Shown: piece after piece, positions 48,394 through 59,783 of the stretch
How the letters are laid out: every line of letters starts with the position of its first letter
Numbering within the stretch: the first letter of the stretch is position 1
Source of the DNA: Escherichia coli
Lineage (GTDB): Bacteria; Pseudomonadota; Gammaproteobacteria; Enterobacterales; Enterobacteriaceae
Direction: 5' to 3' (one strand)
Length of the DNA: 64,000 nt
NCBI RefSeq assembly: GCF_016903815.1
Contig: NZ_CP069973.1
Notes under the pieces: generated by a model
Databases searched by the model: none
Told to the model about the DNA's origin: nothing
Seen by the model: only the letters and a program-made list of their open reading frames with translations
Program-made: the position numbers and the translations under genes

Positions 48394-49572
48394 TTATTTC
48401 CTCCGCAACGTTACGCCGCCGGAAACCGCATCACCATCTTTCTGTAACGCGTCCTGTTGCACAACATAATCTGCCGCCAGTGCGCTACGCAGTTTGTCGA
48501 AGCTGGCAAAGTTCGCAGCCCGTAGCTGGAGGTGAAGCGTCTGGCGTTTTTGATCAAAGGTGAAACCACGCATTTCGATGTCGGTAAGTGACGCTGATTT
48601 CAGGGTACTGGCGATCGCTGACAATTCTGCGAGCAGCCGGGTATCGTCGGCCTGTGGGCGATATTTTTTCAGCGCCATCGTCACCTGAGAGCGTAAATTC
48701 ACAATCCGCTTCTGCTCCGGGAATAGCGTTAAGAACTGTTTCTCCGCCTGGGTGCGGCTTTGCGCCACCTGTTCGCTGACGCTCCATAACGTCACGCCCC
48801 GTTCCACTACCAGCGCAACCAGAATCAGCAATATCGGCAGAATCATCACCCGCCAGCGCGCCCACTGTTTTCGGTAGCTGACACGAGGCTGCCACGGCCC
48901 TGTTAGCAGGTTCCCTTCCGGTTCGCCATAAGTGGTAATGGCTGGCAGAGCCGTAACGGTCAGGCGTTCGGCGTCCGCACCAGCCCATGCAGATAGTTCT
49001 TCCGGTGCAATGCCGACCACGGTTAGCGAAAGCGGTAAATTCTGCTCATTGAGCTGTGCGCGGAACATGACCGGAGCCAGCGCCCGCCCGGCGCTCCATC
49101 CCCGGCATTCATCGATGCGGCAGATAACCCGTTGCGCATCGCCAGCCATAAACCCACAAGGAATGGACATCCAGTCCGGCGCGACGGTAGCGTGGGTGAT
49201 GCCGTTTGCCTGCAACCATTGCGCAATGTTGCGCATATGCTGCTGGTGAATCACAGCTACGGTTGCCAGTTGCTGGTCGATTTTCAACGGGGCGAAATGC
49301 AGTTCATCGATATCCTGGTTCAGCTCTTCTTCCAGCAAGGCGGGCAGAATCGTCGGTATCTGCTTACGGGGCACATCAGGCAGTTCAACCTGCCAGACGC
49401 TGATCCATTCGCCGGGAATATAGAGTCGAATCGCATCAGTTTGCAGCCATTGCTGGAGACATTCATCAGCAACGTCAGGCCAGATGCCGCACTCCACGTC
49501 GGCGGTACGACGCTGCCAACGGATGGGAGCGGAAGCGCAAAGCGGGAAAAAAATCTCAAGGATGGAACTCAC
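48394..49572 (-). CDS. gspL: Type II secretion protein GspL (YghE)
   Basis: 392 aa, central TM helix (WRVMILPILLILVALVV). Synteny between gspK and gspM. Confidence 0.85.
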   Translation of the reverse strand: MSSILEIFFPLCASAPIRWQRRTADVECGIWPDVADECLQQWLQTDAIRLYIPGEWISVWQVELPDVPRKQIPTILPALLEEELNQDIDELHFAPLKIDQQLATVAVIHQQHMRNIAQWLQANGITHATVAPDWMSIPCGFMAGDAQRVICRIDECRGWSAGRALAPVMFRAQLNEQNLPLSLTVVGIAPEELSAWAGADAERLTVTALPAITTYGEPEGNLLTGPWQPRVSYRKQWARWRVMILPILLILVALVVERGVTLWSVSEQVAQSRTQAEKQFLTLFPEQKRIVNLRSQVTMALKKYRPQADDTRLLAELSAIASTLKSASLTDIEMRGFTFDQKRQTLHLQLRAANFASFDKLRSALAADYVVQQDALQKDGDAVSGGVTLRRK

Positions 49573-50546
49573 TCACTTTCTCCTGTCTGATGCCAGAGAA
49601 CAGAAAAGTGTTGTGGGCCCATGCGGACAATTAACGAATTCATCGTCAGTTCAATCTCATTCACGGTGATATCTGAACGCAGCCAGAAGTAATTGCTGTC
49701 CACGCTCAGGACGGTTTTTAGCTGTTTTTTAGTACGCTCATCGACGTCAGCGAGTAGCGGCTGTGCAAGAAACTGATCGACATCTTCCCAGCCCTTCGCC
49801 GGACGTTGTTGTAATAACACCCGCGCCTGAACAGGGCTTAACCACGGGTCAAACAGCGCCTCAAGAATCACACTTTGCGTGACGTCTAAGGTATTGATGT
49901 TGATTTGCTGGCGGGTCATCGGCAGCGCACAGACCAGCGGTTTCAGTTTTTGATAAAGCCCGGCGTCCATTCCCTGTACCACGCGCATCTCACTGATATC
50001 GGCCAGCGGTTGATTGGCGGCGTAGAACGGCACCGAGCGGGCGAGATACTCGCTGTCTTCACGCCCCAGACGCGTCTGCACGCTGCGGTCTTCGTCAATA
50101 AACTCCCACAGGCTTTCGGCTATCAGTTCGGCCCGATAAGCAGGCACATCCAGGCGCGTGATCAGGGCAATCAGTTGTTGTACCGCGATAGGACGCGACG
50201 CCGTCGTCGGCTGAGCGAGAGCATTCAGGTTAAAGCAGGCCTGTGCGTCACGCAGAGTGACGGCGATTTGCCCCTGCGGCAGTGGGAAAAAACGAGGGCC
50301 GGAAGCCCACGGCTGCGCCAGATGCACGCGCTTTTCATTTTTCAGGCTCAGACTGAGTGCGCTCAACGCCAGGCTTTCCGCACTGGCGCTGTACCACAGC
50401 GCCTGCTGGTACTCCTGCTGGCTGCGCGTTCGCCCAAGTTGTTGCTGCATTCGCCCGGAAAGCGTGATGGTCACCAGCATCATAACCGCCAGCAATACCA
50501 GCACCACGACCAGTGCCATTCCGCGTTTTGGTGGTGAGGTGATCAT
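49569..50546 (-). CDS. gspK: Type II secretion minor pseudopilin GspK
   Basis: 325 aa; N-terminus KRGMALVVVLVLLAVMMLV. Overlapping start/stop with its neighbours. Confidence 0.88.
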   Translation of the reverse strand: MITSPPKRGMALVVVLVLLAVMMLVTITLSGRMQQQLGRTRSQQEYQQALWYSASAESLALSALSLSLKNEKRVHLAQPWASGPRFFPLPQGQIAVTLRDAQACFNLNALAQPTTASRPIAVQQLIALITRLDVPAYRAELIAESLWEFIDEDRSVQTRLGREDSEYLARSVPFYAANQPLADISEMRVVQGMDAGLYQKLKPLVCALPMTRQQININTLDVTQSVILEALFDPWLSPVQARVLLQQRPAKGWEDVDQFLAQPLLADVDERTKKQLKTVLSVDSNYFWLRSDITVNEIELTMNSLIVRMGPQHFSVLWHQTGESE

Positions 50547-51148
50547 GATAATTGCGGCCCGCGTAACAACCAGATGCGTTCAATTTCGCCCCATTGCGGC
50601 GAATGCAGGGTTATGCGTACCGCCACAGGGATCGCCTGTACTGACGACCAGCTCTCCTGCCAGCGCGTGCCGTCGTAGAACTGCAAACGGAGCGAATCCG
50701 CCGGAATCAACTTTTGCATTGTCGGCTTCACGCTGCCTGCTGCGTCGGTCAGCGGCCAGGCTAACCGTTCGAGATAGCCGTCATGAATGCGGTAACCGAC
50801 GGTGAGCAGATTACTGCGTGGCAGACGCATCAACGGGTTAACCACACCGCCGCGCACAAAGCGCATCCCTTCACTCTCAGACGCCAGCACGCCAGCGCCA
50901 GCCAGTAACGCTGGTTCACGCTGGCCCTGATCGTCTCTTACCGGACGCGGCATCATTTGTGTCAGATCGTGGGTCAGAAAACTCATCGTTTGCTGCATGA
51001 GGTTTAGTTTTTGATCGTGTCCGGCGACGGCGCTATTCACGCGCGTGACGCCGTTAGTCACCTGCTGCGCCATCAGTGCCAGCGAGGCAAAAATGGCAAT
51101 TGCCACCAGCATTTCCAGTAACGTGAAACCAGCGCGAGCCCTTCTCAC
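50543..51148 (-). CDS. gspJ: Type II secretion minor pseudopilin GspJ
   Basis: 201 aa; prepilin motif AGFTLLEMLVAIAIF. Confidence 0.88.
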   Translation of the reverse strand: MRRARAGFTLLEMLVAIAIFASLALMAQQVTNGVTRVNSAVAGHDQKLNLMQQTMSFLTHDLTQMMPRPVRDDQGQREPALLAGAGVLASESEGMRFVRGGVVNPLMRLPRSNLLTVGYRIHDGYLERLAWPLTDAAGSVKPTMQKLIPADSLRLQFYDGTRWQESWSSVQAIPVAVRITLHSPQWGEIERIWLLRGPQLS

Positions 51149-51516
51149 TGTTGGCCTCCCACGGCGCTAAACCAGGCGCGTCGTGACTGAATCACCGGCG
51201 AAAAGTCTTCGTGAAGGCTGACTTCAATATCCACCGCCTGGAGCAGCGCGTTGCCTGTACTCAGCGGTGTGGTTCGCCAGTACCAGCGGCTTCCTGCCAT
51301 ATCGCTCTCGCCCTGATGCCTGACCGCCCGCTGCTCGCGGGTCATCAGGTAGAGCAGCGCGGTCTGGTTTTCAGCCACCCACCCCGCTACCGTTTTTTCC
51401 TCAAGAACGTGCTGATTACTCAGCGCGCCGCTGGCAATCTGTAACACCGCCGTGGCAGCCAGCGCAAAAATCGCCAGCGCGAGCATCACTTCCAGCAAGG
51501 TAAATCCGCGCTTCAT
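51145..51516 (-). CDS. gspI: Type II secretion minor pseudopilin GspI
   Basis: 123 aa; MKRGFTLLEVMLALAIF. Confidence 0.88.
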   Translation of the reverse strand: MKRGFTLLEVMLALAIFALAATAVLQIASGALSNQHVLEEKTVAGWVAENQTALLYLMTREQRAVRHQGESDMAGSRWYWRTTPLSTGNALLQAVDIEVSLHEDFSPVIQSRRAWFSAVGGQQ

Positions 51517-52076
51517 CGCATCCTCTCATCACATTGATTGAGGGATAACGCGCCATCGTGTGCCAGTTTTACCGCCCAACATGCGTTTTGCGCCGCCGAG
51601 TAGAAGCGCAGCGTAAACGGCGTGGCGGGTTCAAAAGGCGAAAAACGGATCTGCGGCGTCTTCTTTTTCGCCTCTTTTTGCAGCTCCAGTTCAATATCGT
51701 GCAGCGTCAGGCGACGACGCTGCAGCTCCAGCGCATATTCCTTCTGCCAGATATCACTTCCGGGTTGTAACAGCATCTGCACCTGTTTCGGCACCGTAAC
51801 CTGTGCCGATAACCGGGTCGCAGAAACGGGCAACCACTGCCCCTGACGACGCTGCATAAACTGGTATCCCGGCGGGTCGATTAGTACACCGAGTGTCTGC
51901 CCTTCGATCACTGCCCTGTCTTTAAACTGCGCAAAGCGAGTCAGAAAATCCTGCGCCGCTTTTTTCGCGGGCGATTCAGAATCGGTCGCAAAAGTCTGCA
52001 CCACGCCCGCACTGGCAAGGCCGATAAGGAAAATCACCAGCATGATTTCCAGAAGTGTGAATCCGCGTTCAGGCAC
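51513..52076 (-). CDS. gspH: Type II secretion minor pseudopilin GspH
   Basis: 187 aa; ERGFTLLEIMLVIFLIG. Confidence 0.88.
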   Translation of the reverse strand: MPERGFTLLEIMLVIFLIGLASAGVVQTFATDSESPAKKAAQDFLTRFAQFKDRAVIEGQTLGVLIDPPGYQFMQRRQGQWLPVSATRLSAQVTVPKQVQMLLQPGSDIWQKEYALELQRRRLTLHDIELELQKEAKKKTPQIRFSPFEPATPFTLRFYSAAQNACWAVKLAHDGALSLNQCDERMR

Positions 52077-52079
52077 TGA

Positions 52080-52535
52080 TTACTGAAACTCCTGCAAATT
52101 CCAGTTACCGATATCTGCGCCAGCGCCCTCCCCGTTTTCCTGACCATCTGCCCCCAGGGTATAAACATCAAACAGTCCTTTTTCACCCGGGCTGAGATAC
52201 TGATAATCATTGCCCCACGGATCTTTTGGCAGTCGTTTAATGTATCCACCGGTACGGTAGTTGCGGGAGTCCGCCATATTGGCCGGTTGCTGGATCAGCG
52301 CCTCAAGCCCCTGCTCGGTAGTCGGATAACGCCCGTTATCCAGTCGGTACATATCCAGCGCATTCTCCAGCGCCACGATATCGCTGATGGCTTTTTGCCG
52401 ATCGGCTTTCTCTTTGTTGCCCAGCAGGTTAGGCACCACCAGACTTGCCAGGACGCCAAGAATAACAATCACCACCATCACTTCCAGCAGGGTAAAACCT
52501 GCCCGTGGTTTTTGTGTGCGGGATAACGAATTCAT
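52080..52535 (-). CDS. gspG: Type II secretion major pseudopilin GspG
   Basis: From the ATG at 52535: MNSLSRTQKPRAGFTLLEVMVVIVILGVLASLVVPNLLGNKEKA...; 151 aa. Confidence 0.92.
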   Translation of the reverse strand: MNSLSRTQKPRAGFTLLEVMVVIVILGVLASLVVPNLLGNKEKADRQKAISDIVALENALDMYRLDNGRYPTTEQGLEALIQQPANMADSRNYRTGGYIKRLPKDPWGNDYQYLSPGEKGLFDVYTLGADGQENGEGAGADIGNWNLQEFQ

Positions 52536-52551
52536 GTGATAACTCCGTAAA

Positions 52552-53775
52552 TTACATTCCAACCATATTGTTCAGTTGCAGCATCGGCTCGAGGATGGCG
52601 ATGACGATAAACAGCACCACGCCCGCCATCATCACCACCAGCGCCGGTTCAAACAGCCCTAACGCCAGCCCCACCTGGGTATCAAATTCCCGTTCCTGGT
52701 TGACTGCGGCCTGCTCAAGCATGGTTTCCAGTTCGCCGCTCTGTTCGCCGGAGGCGATCATGTACAGCATCATCGGCGGGAACAGGCGCAACTCCGCCAG
52801 CGCAGCGCGCAGACTGCTTCCTTCGCGGACGCGATCTGCCGCCAGCAGCAGTTGTTGTTCGACATAACGATTTGCCGACACGGCGGCGGCGGTCTGAATG
52901 CCTTCCAGCAGCGGAACACTGCTGGCGGTGAGGATGCTTAATGTGCGGGAAAAACGCGCCGTATTCAGTCCGCGCGCAACACGCCCCGTCACGGGCAAAC
53001 GCAGCAAGGTTTTATCCCAGCGCAGGCGCATCGCAGGATTTTTGAGTAGCCGTTGCCCCAGCACCAGAAGCCCCAGCAAACCCGCCAGCCAGTACACGCC
53101 GCTGGCCTGTAACGCGTCGCTCATGGCGATGAGCGTGCGGGTGGAGGCAGGCAGCGCGTGTCCGAGATGATCAAACTGTTCGATGATTTTCGGCACCACT
53201 GACGTCAGCAAAATAGTGACTACGCCCGTTGCCACCACCAGCAATACCAGCGGATAAAGCATGGCCTGCAGCAGGCGAGATTTCAGGCGCTGTCGCTGTT
53301 CGGTGTAATCCGCCAGGCGATTGAGCACCACGTCGAGATGCCCGGATTTTTCACCGGCAGCAACCATCGAACAAAACAGAGAATCAAAGACGCGGGGATG
53401 TTCGCGCAGGCTGTCCGACAGGGTGTAACCTTCCTGAATCCGGCTGCGCAGCGCCATTCCGAGGCTTTTTACATGCAGTTTTTCACTTTGCTCACTGACC
53501 GCCTGTAAGCAGGTTTCCAGCGGCATTGCTGCCTGTACTAATGTTGCCAGTTGGCGTGTGAACAGCGCCAGATCTGCCGCCGCCACGCGACGATGTGCGT
53601 GCCGCCGACGCTGCAACATCCCCCCTGCCGATGCATTCATCCGGGCTTCAATGTGCACGGGAATGAGGTCTTTACCACGCAACAATTGACGGGCATGACG
53701 CGCGGAATCCGCCTCAATCATGCCTTTGGTTTTGCGACCATTACGCTCCAGCGCCTGATAGTAAAACAGTGCCAT
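52552..53775 (-). CDS. gspF: Type II secretion inner-membrane platform protein GspF
   Basis: 407 aa, duplicated GspF/PilC-type domain with three TM segments. Confidence 0.92.
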   Translation of the reverse strand: MALFYYQALERNGRKTKGMIEADSARHARQLLRGKDLIPVHIEARMNASAGGMLQRRRHAHRRVAAADLALFTRQLATLVQAAMPLETCLQAVSEQSEKLHVKSLGMALRSRIQEGYTLSDSLREHPRVFDSLFCSMVAAGEKSGHLDVVLNRLADYTEQRQRLKSRLLQAMLYPLVLLVVATGVVTILLTSVVPKIIEQFDHLGHALPASTRTLIAMSDALQASGVYWLAGLLGLLVLGQRLLKNPAMRLRWDKTLLRLPVTGRVARGLNTARFSRTLSILTASSVPLLEGIQTAAAVSANRYVEQQLLLAADRVREGSSLRAALAELRLFPPMMLYMIASGEQSGELETMLEQAAVNQEREFDTQVGLALGLFEPALVVMMAGVVLFIVIAILEPMLQLNNMVGM

Positions 53776-55268
53776 TACGCCTCCATGGTTACCCGCAGAA
53801 CTTCATCGAGAGAGGTTTCTCCGGCGAGCACTTTCTCAATGCCATTGCTGCGGATGCCCGCAGAGTGTTGCCGGACATAACGTTCCAGCTCCAGTTCCCC
53901 GGCCTGACGGTGGATCAAATCACGCAATGTGGCGTCCACCACGATCAACTCATGGATGGCAGTACGCCCGCGAAAACCTTTGTGATTACAGGCGGGACAG
54001 CCCTGTGGATGGTACAGAGTGACGGTACGGGCGTCGGTAATTCCCAGCAGGCGTTTTTCTTCGTCAGTGGCAGGCAGGGCCTGGCGGCAGTCGGGGCACA
54101 GCGTACGGACCAGTCGCTGCGCCATCACGCCCGTCAGACTGGAAGAGAGCAGGAAAGGCTCTACCCCCATATCCTGCAAACGCGTAATCGCCCCCACCGC
54201 CGTGTTGGTATGCAGCGTGGAAAGGACCAGGTGTCCGGTAAGTGAAGCCTGGACGGCGATTTCTGCGGTTTCGGTATCGCGGATTTCACCGACCATCACT
54301 ACATCCGGGTCCTGACGCAAAATCGCGCGCAGGCCACGGGCGAAGGTCATGCCGACGCGGGTGTTAACCTGTGTCTGACCGATCCCTTCAATCATGTATT
54401 CGATGGGATCTTCAACCGTGAGAATGTTGCGCGAATGGTTGTTCAGCTCCTGCAATCCGGCGTACAGCGTGGTGCTTTTGCCGGAACCTGTCGGCCCCGT
54501 CACCAGAAAGATGCCGTGCGGTTTGTGTAACAGCTGGCGCAACTGCGCAGTCAGTTCGTGACTTAAACCCAGACGCTCCAGCGTCAGGCGGGCCTGGTTT
54601 TTGTCCAGCAGTCGCAGCACCACGCGCTCGCCCCAGGCGGAAGGCATGGTGGAGACGCGCACGTCGATCGCCCGACCGCCCAGCAGCAGCGCAATACGGC
54701 CATCCTGTGGTACGCGCTTTTCGGCGATATCCAGACGCGCCATCACCTTGATACGCGAGACCAGCAGCGAGGCCAGCTTGCGACCGGGGCGCAACATTTC
54801 ATGTAATGTGCCGTCAACACGAAAACGGATCACCAGACTCTTTTCAAACGTCTCGATGTGGATATCCGAAGCGCCTTCTTTAATCGCCTCTGCCAGCATG
54901 GCGTTGATCAGTTTGATGATCGGCGCATCGTCGTCACTTTCCAGCAGATCTTCCGTTTCCGGCAGTTCTTCTGCGAGGGTAAAAAAGTCCTCGGCAGAAC
55001 CGAGATCTTCCATCAGTTGGCGAGCCTCGGAAGAGTCCCGCTGCCAGACCGCATTCAGCCGCTGTTCAAATTCGGCTTCGTCGATTTGCCGCAGCGTAAA
55101 GGGCGCGTTCAGCCCCCGCTGCAGCTCCTGCAAAACAGAGAGCGACAACGGATGAACATGGAGGATCTCCAGCGACGCTTCGCACCATGCCACCAGGCTA
55201 AACCGACGGCTGAAACTGTAGGGCAGACGCACGGTGTTAGCAGTGGTTTCCTGTGCTACAGGCACCAT
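53775..55268 (-). CDS. gspE: Type II secretion ATPase GspE
   Basis: 497 aa. Walker [10 protein letters not shown], Asp/His boxes, and a tetracysteine CPDC...CPAC motif. Confidence 0.95.
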   Translation of the reverse strand: MVPVAQETTANTVRLPYSFSRRFSLVAWCEASLEILHVHPLSLSVLQELQRGLNAPFTLRQIDEAEFEQRLNAVWQRDSSEARQLMEDLGSAEDFFTLAEELPETEDLLESDDDAPIIKLINAMLAEAIKEGASDIHIETFEKSLVIRFRVDGTLHEMLRPGRKLASLLVSRIKVMARLDIAEKRVPQDGRIALLLGGRAIDVRVSTMPSAWGERVVLRLLDKNQARLTLERLGLSHELTAQLRQLLHKPHGIFLVTGPTGSGKSTTLYAGLQELNNHSRNILTVEDPIEYMIEGIGQTQVNTRVGMTFARGLRAILRQDPDVVMVGEIRDTETAEIAVQASLTGHLVLSTLHTNTAVGAITRLQDMGVEPFLLSSSLTGVMAQRLVRTLCPDCRQALPATDEEKRLLGITDARTVTLYHPQGCPACNHKGFRGRTAIHELIVVDATLRDLIHRQAGELELERYVRQHSAGIRSNGIEKVLAGETSLDEVLRVTMEA

Positions 55269-57328
55269 TAACGCGTTCTCCCGGCATTGAGGAATGCGCG
55301 AACTTCCGGCGGTAAGGCCTGGTTTTGCGCTGGCAGTACCGGCTGCGCGGTGTGCGGCATCAGGCTTAAGCCTTGCTCATCGCAGTAGATTTGCTCGGCG
55401 CGCATGTAGTTATATTTGCGCTGCGACACGCCGTCTGCCGCCATACCGTCACGCAGAATGGTCGGGCGGATAAACACCATCAGGTTACGTTTTTCTTTTT
55501 TATCCGCCGTCGATTTAAACAGGTTACCAATCAACGGGATATCGCCCAGCAGCGGCACTTTCGCCACGCTTTCTCCTGCCTGATCATCCATCAGACCGCC
55601 AAGCACAATCAGCTCGCCATCGTTAGCCAGCACGGTGGTCTTCAGTTTGCGCTCACCAAACACGACGTCGAGGCTGGTCTGTCCTTCCACCTTCGAGACT
55701 TCCTGCTCAATCACCATCTGTACCGCGTTTCCTTCGTTAATCTGCGGCGTGACTTTCAGCATGATGCCGACTTTTTTCCTCTCTACCGTATTGAAAGGAT
55801 TGCTGTTATTGGAGCCAACGGTAGATCCAGTTAATACCGGAACGTCCTGGCCCACCATGAAGAAGGCTTCCTGGTTGTCCAGCGTGGTGATGCTCGGCGT
55901 GGAGAGCACGTTAGAGCTGGAGTCGTTTTTAACCGCCTGCACCAGCGCCATCCAGTCGCCTTTCACCACACCAACCGCCGTACCGCTAAAGCCGGAAAGA
56001 AGCTGAGCAAGCGTGGAGAGATCGCCGTTAGTATCCGGATTTATGGTGGTAGCGCCGTTTTCACTGATTACCGTCGAGCCTTTCTGCGGTTTCGCCTGAG
56101 AAATGGCTGCCCCCAGCGTGCCAATAGGGATCTGCGTACCGTTAGCAAACTGCATTAATCCGGCATCTTTCGACGCCCACTGCACGCCGAAGTTGATATT
56201 GCTGCCTTCAGCAACTTCCACGATCAACGCCTCGACATGCACCTGAGCACGGCGAATATCCAGTTGTTCAATCACGCTTTGCAGCGACTGCATGATGTCC
56301 TGCGGCGCGGTAACAATCAGGGCATTACTGTGTTTGCTGGCGGCGATGGAGACAACCTCACGCCCGCTACCGACCGTGCCTTCCGCCTCTTCTTTAGCCG
56401 CCGTGAGCGTACCGCTGACCTGCTTCAGTACATCGACCAGATCTTCGGCTTTGCTGTATTTGAGATAGAAAACCTGGCTGTTGCCGCTGCGCTCCATTTC
56501 TGAGTCCAGGCGACGGATCAGACGGCGCATTTTGTCCCGCGTGGCGGGGTCACCACTGACAATCACGCTGTTGGTGCGTTCATCGGCGACAATTTGAGAT
56601 TTCAGCGTTGCTGGCTGGTTCTCGCCGCTGTTTTTGGTCAGGCTTTCCAGCACGCGGGCGATTTCCGAAGCCGAGGCGTTATCCAGCGGGATCACCTCTT
56701 CAGTGCGATTACCCGCGTGATCCACACGCTGGATCACTTCCGTCAGGCGCTCCACAACGGAGGCGCGTCCGGTGAGCATAATCACGTTGGAGGGATCGTA
56801 ATTAACAACGTTGCCTGAGCCTGCGCTGTCGATCATCTGGCGCAGAATCGGTGCCAATTCGCGGACCGACACATTACGTACCGGCACTACTTTGGTGACC
56901 ATTTCATCGCCCGCGTAGTTGTCGCTGCCTTCACCGACCAGCGGCAGTGGCTCGACTTTCGCGGCGCTGGATTTCACCACCTTCAGCACGTCGTTTTCCA
57001 TCGGTACGACGGCATACCCCTGTGCTTCCAGCAGGTTAAGGAATAGCTGGTAATACTGGCGTTCATTGAGCGGAGTCATGGTACGAATACTCACTTTCCC
57101 CTGTACGCCCGGCCCCATAATGATGGTTTTATTAAGGTTAGCGCCGACGGTTTCGATGAACGATTTCAGGTCGGTATCTTTAAAATTGGCGGTGAAAGTG
57201 GCTTCTTCCGCCCAAACCGGTGAACTGCATAATGCCGCTGCCAGCACCAGCGGCAGTAAACGCTTTTTTGTTTTGAGGCCAGTTGTCTTCTTACGCCAGA
57301 CCGACAACGTAATATCACGCCAAAACAC
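55268..57328 (-). CDS. gspD: Type II secretion secretin GspD
   Basis: 686 aa. Signal peptide, N-domains, secretin core ..[14 protein letters not shown]... Confidence 0.95.
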   Translation of the reverse strand: MFWRDITLSVWRKKTTGLKTKKRLLPLVLAAALCSSPVWAEEATFTANFKDTDLKSFIETVGANLNKTIIMGPGVQGKVSIRTMTPLNERQYYQLFLNLLEAQGYAVVPMENDVLKVVKSSAAKVEPLPLVGEGSDNYAGDEMVTKVVPVRNVSVRELAPILRQMIDSAGSGNVVNYDPSNVIMLTGRASVVERLTEVIQRVDHAGNRTEEVIPLDNASASEIARVLESLTKNSGENQPATLKSQIVADERTNSVIVSGDPATRDKMRRLIRRLDSEMERSGNSQVFYLKYSKAEDLVDVLKQVSGTLTAAKEEAEGTVGSGREVVSIAASKHSNALIVTAPQDIMQSLQSVIEQLDIRRAQVHVEALIVEVAEGSNINFGVQWASKDAGLMQFANGTQIPIGTLGAAISQAKPQKGSTVISENGATTINPDTNGDLSTLAQLLSGFSGTAVGVVKGDWMALVQAVKNDSSSNVLSTPSITTLDNQEAFFMVGQDVPVLTGSTVGSNNSNPFNTVERKKVGIMLKVTPQINEGNAVQMVIEQEVSKVEGQTSLDVVFGERKLKTTVLANDGELIVLGGLMDDQAGESVAKVPLLGDIPLIGNLFKSTADKKEKRNLMVFIRPTILRDGMAADGVSQRKYNYMRAEQIYCDEQGLSLMPHTAQPVLPAQNQALPPEVRAFLNAGRTR

Positions 57329-57357
57329 GATGAATGATTCTCCTGGATTAAATGCGG

Positions 57358-58317
57358 TTAGCGCAGCGCGATGGAAATGTCGTGGCGCGCACCCTTGCGT
57401 AAAACCGTAAGTTGAATGGAATCCATTGAAGGTAACTGCCGCATCAGAGCAATCATTGCTCGTGGATCAGTGAAATCCTGCTGATTTAGCGCAATGGCGA
57501 TATCGCCTTCCCTGAAACCGCTGACATCGAACAGAGAACGATCTGCCCCCGGCTTCACTGCATAACCGACAATCCCCTCCTTACGCACAGGCGTAAGCTG
57601 GATATAGTTAAAAATTTTCTGCGGATCTTTCGCCAGTGCCTGACGCACGGCAGTCGGGATCTCAACTGGCGCACTGACAGCAGGTTCAGCAACAGCTTGC
57701 TTTGCTTCGTCACTGACAGCTTTTTTGTTGGTCACGGCAACGGTGGAACGCTCCTCTTCAGCCAGGCTCAGGCGCTCTATTTTTCCCTGATAGCGCAGCA
57801 TCACATGGTCGCGGTTGATTTCCTCAATCACCGCGTTGTGAGAACCAAGCCGTTCCCCCTGCAAATAGACCTGCTGTTTGCCACCTTCTTCAATAACCGC
57901 GCCAGGTCTGGCACCAAAGGCGATCCCGCGCAGCACCACATTAAGACGTGTTTCTGCCACAGGCACAGGTTCAGGTTGTTTTACCGGTGCGGCGACGGGC
58001 TGATATTTGCCAAACCAGTTTTGCTGGCTGATTAATTGCACGTCATTTTTATCGAACGTTTTTGCATCTGCACGGGGCGGTTTATTCGCCGATGGGGAAA
58101 CCGCCGTATATTCCGCAGAAAAGGAGAAATAGCGCCAGAGTGAATGCGCCACTTTTGCAGAAATAATAAGCAGCATCAGCCAGAACATCGCGCGTACAAT
58201 TTTTCGCAGATGCTCTTTGTCTGTATTAAGAGATTGTCTCTGGTTAAGAGTGTGACGAATTTTTGTCAGCCATTGAATGAGATAAATTCGTGCGTCACGA
58301 AAAACAACCCGCGCCAA
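57358..58317 (-). CDS. gspC: Type II secretion protein GspC (YghF); start codon uncertain
   Basis: 319-aa ORF with TM helix MFWLMLLIISAKVAHSLW and a C-terminal PDZ-like segment. An internal ATG may be the true start. Confidence 0.8.
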   Translation of the reverse strand: MARVVFRDARIYLIQWLTKIRHTLNQRQSLNTDKEHLRKIVRAMFWLMLLIISAKVAHSLWRYFSFSAEYTAVSPSANKPPRADAKTFDKNDVQLISQQNWFGKYQPVAAPVKQPEPVPVAETRLNVVLRGIAFGARPGAVIEEGGKQQVYLQGERLGSHNAVIEEINRDHVMLRYQGKIERLSLAEEERSTVAVTNKKAVSDEAKQAVAEPAVSAPVEIPTAVRQALAKDPQKIFNYIQLTPVRKEGIVGYAVKPGADRSLFDVSGFREGDIAIALNQQDFTDPRAMIALMRQLPSMDSIQLTVLRKGARHDISIALR

Positions 58318-58334
58318 TTTATATCTACCCGACG

Positions 58335-58745
58335 TTATGCTTTGACTATTCCACAGGTGGTACGATCCAGTTTCCGCTGATACTGGTTACCTGTACGTGT
58401 ATCATTAATCATTATGCTGTAATTAATTCCCTCGGTTATCATTAATTTCACCGTCGGGTCAGCGCACATTTGTCGTTGATAGCTGGTTAAAAAGGCATCA
58501 GGCGTCTGCGTGGTCTGAGCACCCGCTTCGCTGATAATGGTCATTTTTACCGTCGTGCCGCTACTTTGCGCCAGCACTAAGGTATATCCCGCAGATTTAA
58601 TCGGCAGGTTTTGGCTGATATTTTGCGCCTGTTTTTTCGCCAGTAAACTGGCATTTTCATTATGGCTGGCACAGCCACTTAATAATCCTGTAACGCTCAA
58701 CAATAGCGATATTAATACCCTCCCTGGCATTTGTTTTATCGACAT
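58335..58745 (-). CDS. yghG: T2SS-beta pilotin lipoprotein YghG (AspS/GspS-beta)
   Basis: 136 aa; lipobox LLSGC. Lies between pppA and gspC. Confidence 0.85.
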   Translation of the reverse strand: MSIKQMPGRVLISLLLSVTGLLSGCASHNENASLLAKKQAQNISQNLPIKSAGYTLVLAQSSGTTVKMTIISEAGAQTTQTPDAFLTSYQRQMCADPTVKLMITEGINYSIMINDTRTGNQYQRKLDRTTCGIVKA

Positions 58746-58810
58746 GGTAAATAATCTCTAAGGTTATTAATAAGAGTTAAAATATCACTTTGATAATGAC
58801 GTTGTTATCA

Positions 58811-59620
58811 TTAAAACAATGCCTGTAGATAAAGTGTTGCTATACCGCCCAGACTTAAACACGGTCCAAAAGGCAGTGTGGTTGATCCTCTTTTTGTAAT
58901 AACGGCATATATCAGGCCGCAGCATGAGGCGATTAAAGCAACGTTGGGCAGTGATAACGCCCCCACCCAGCCACCTAAAGCGGCGAAGAGTAATACATCG
59001 CCCATGCCTAATGCTTCTTTACGCAGAACTATTCCGGCTATCCAGCGCAGGGAGTAAAAAGTGATAAACCCCACCAGGACGCCGGTGACTGCGTCTTGTA
59101 GCGTTAACGGACTCTGTTGCGCCCATGCCGCAATCAGCCCGGTCCACAATACGCCCTGAGTAAAAACATCGGGCAGCCATTGGTTGTCGAGGTCGATGAT
59201 GCTCGCGGCAATCAGCCACGCGGATAATATCATCACCGCCAGTCCCCATCCACTTTCTGGCCACACCAGACTCGCCAGCAAAAAAGCAAGTGCTGTCAAT
59301 AACTCAACCAGCGGATAACGCTTGCTGATTTTCGCCTGACAGTCGCGGCAGCGCCCTTTGAGCATCAACCATGAGAGCAGCGGAATATTGTCACGAACGC
59401 GGATAGTCTGCTGGCAATGCGGACAGTGCGAACGCGGTAGCGCAAGGCTTATTTTTGACTGCGTACTCGGCGTTTCACCATGAAACTCCGCCATTTGTTG
59501 GCGCAGCATGATGGGGTAACGCCAAATCACCACATTCAAAAAACTGCCGATGATCAATCCTCCGACGGTTGCCAGTATGGGCATCGCCGCGGGGTATTGC
59601 TGAAAAACATCAAAAAGCAT
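58811..59620 (-). CDS. pppA: Prepilin peptidase PppA (A24 family)
   Basis: 269 aa, polytopic. CPHC...CRDC zinc motif, and GMGDV plus a second Asp box. Confidence 0.9.
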   Translation of the reverse strand: MLFDVFQQYPAAMPILATVGGLIIGSFLNVVIWRYPIMLRQQMAEFHGETPSTQSKISLALPRSHCPHCQQTIRVRDNIPLLSWLMLKGRCRDCQAKISKRYPLVELLTALAFLLASLVWPESGWGLAVMILSAWLIAASIIDLDNQWLPDVFTQGVLWTGLIAAWAQQSPLTLQDAVTGVLVGFITFYSLRWIAGIVLRKEALGMGDVLLFAALGGWVGALSLPNVALIASCCGLIYAVITKRGSTTLPFGPCLSLGGIATLYLQALF

Positions 59621-59645
59621 GGTTAAAGGTTATTTGTTGTAATTT

Positions 59646-59780
59646 GCCGGATGCGGGCCTGCAGGTGTATGCCATATGGCTTTCCTCCAGGCCCGATAAG
59701 ATGGCGCATCGGGCAAATGTGTTAACCCGATGCGCCTTATTTCATGCCGGATGCGGCGTGAACGCCTTATCCGGCCTACA
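59646..59780. repeat. BIME: cluster of REP (repetitive extragenic palindromic) units
   Basis: TGCCGGATGCGGCGTGAACGCCTTATCCGGCCTACA at 59745..59780, plus two further REP-like palindromes (GCCGGATGCGGGC.., CCCGATAAGATGGCGCATCGGG / CCCGATGCGCCTTAT). Confidence 0.85.
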
Positions 59781-59783
59781 GGC

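Noticed and set aside
48554-57410. Numerous 60-210-aa ORFs antisense to or out of frame within gspC-M (for example 49905..50537, 50257..50805, 54601..55155)
   Set aside because: They are embedded in a tightly packed, translationally coupled operon of recognisable T2SS genes. They are typical spurious frames in GC-rich DNA.
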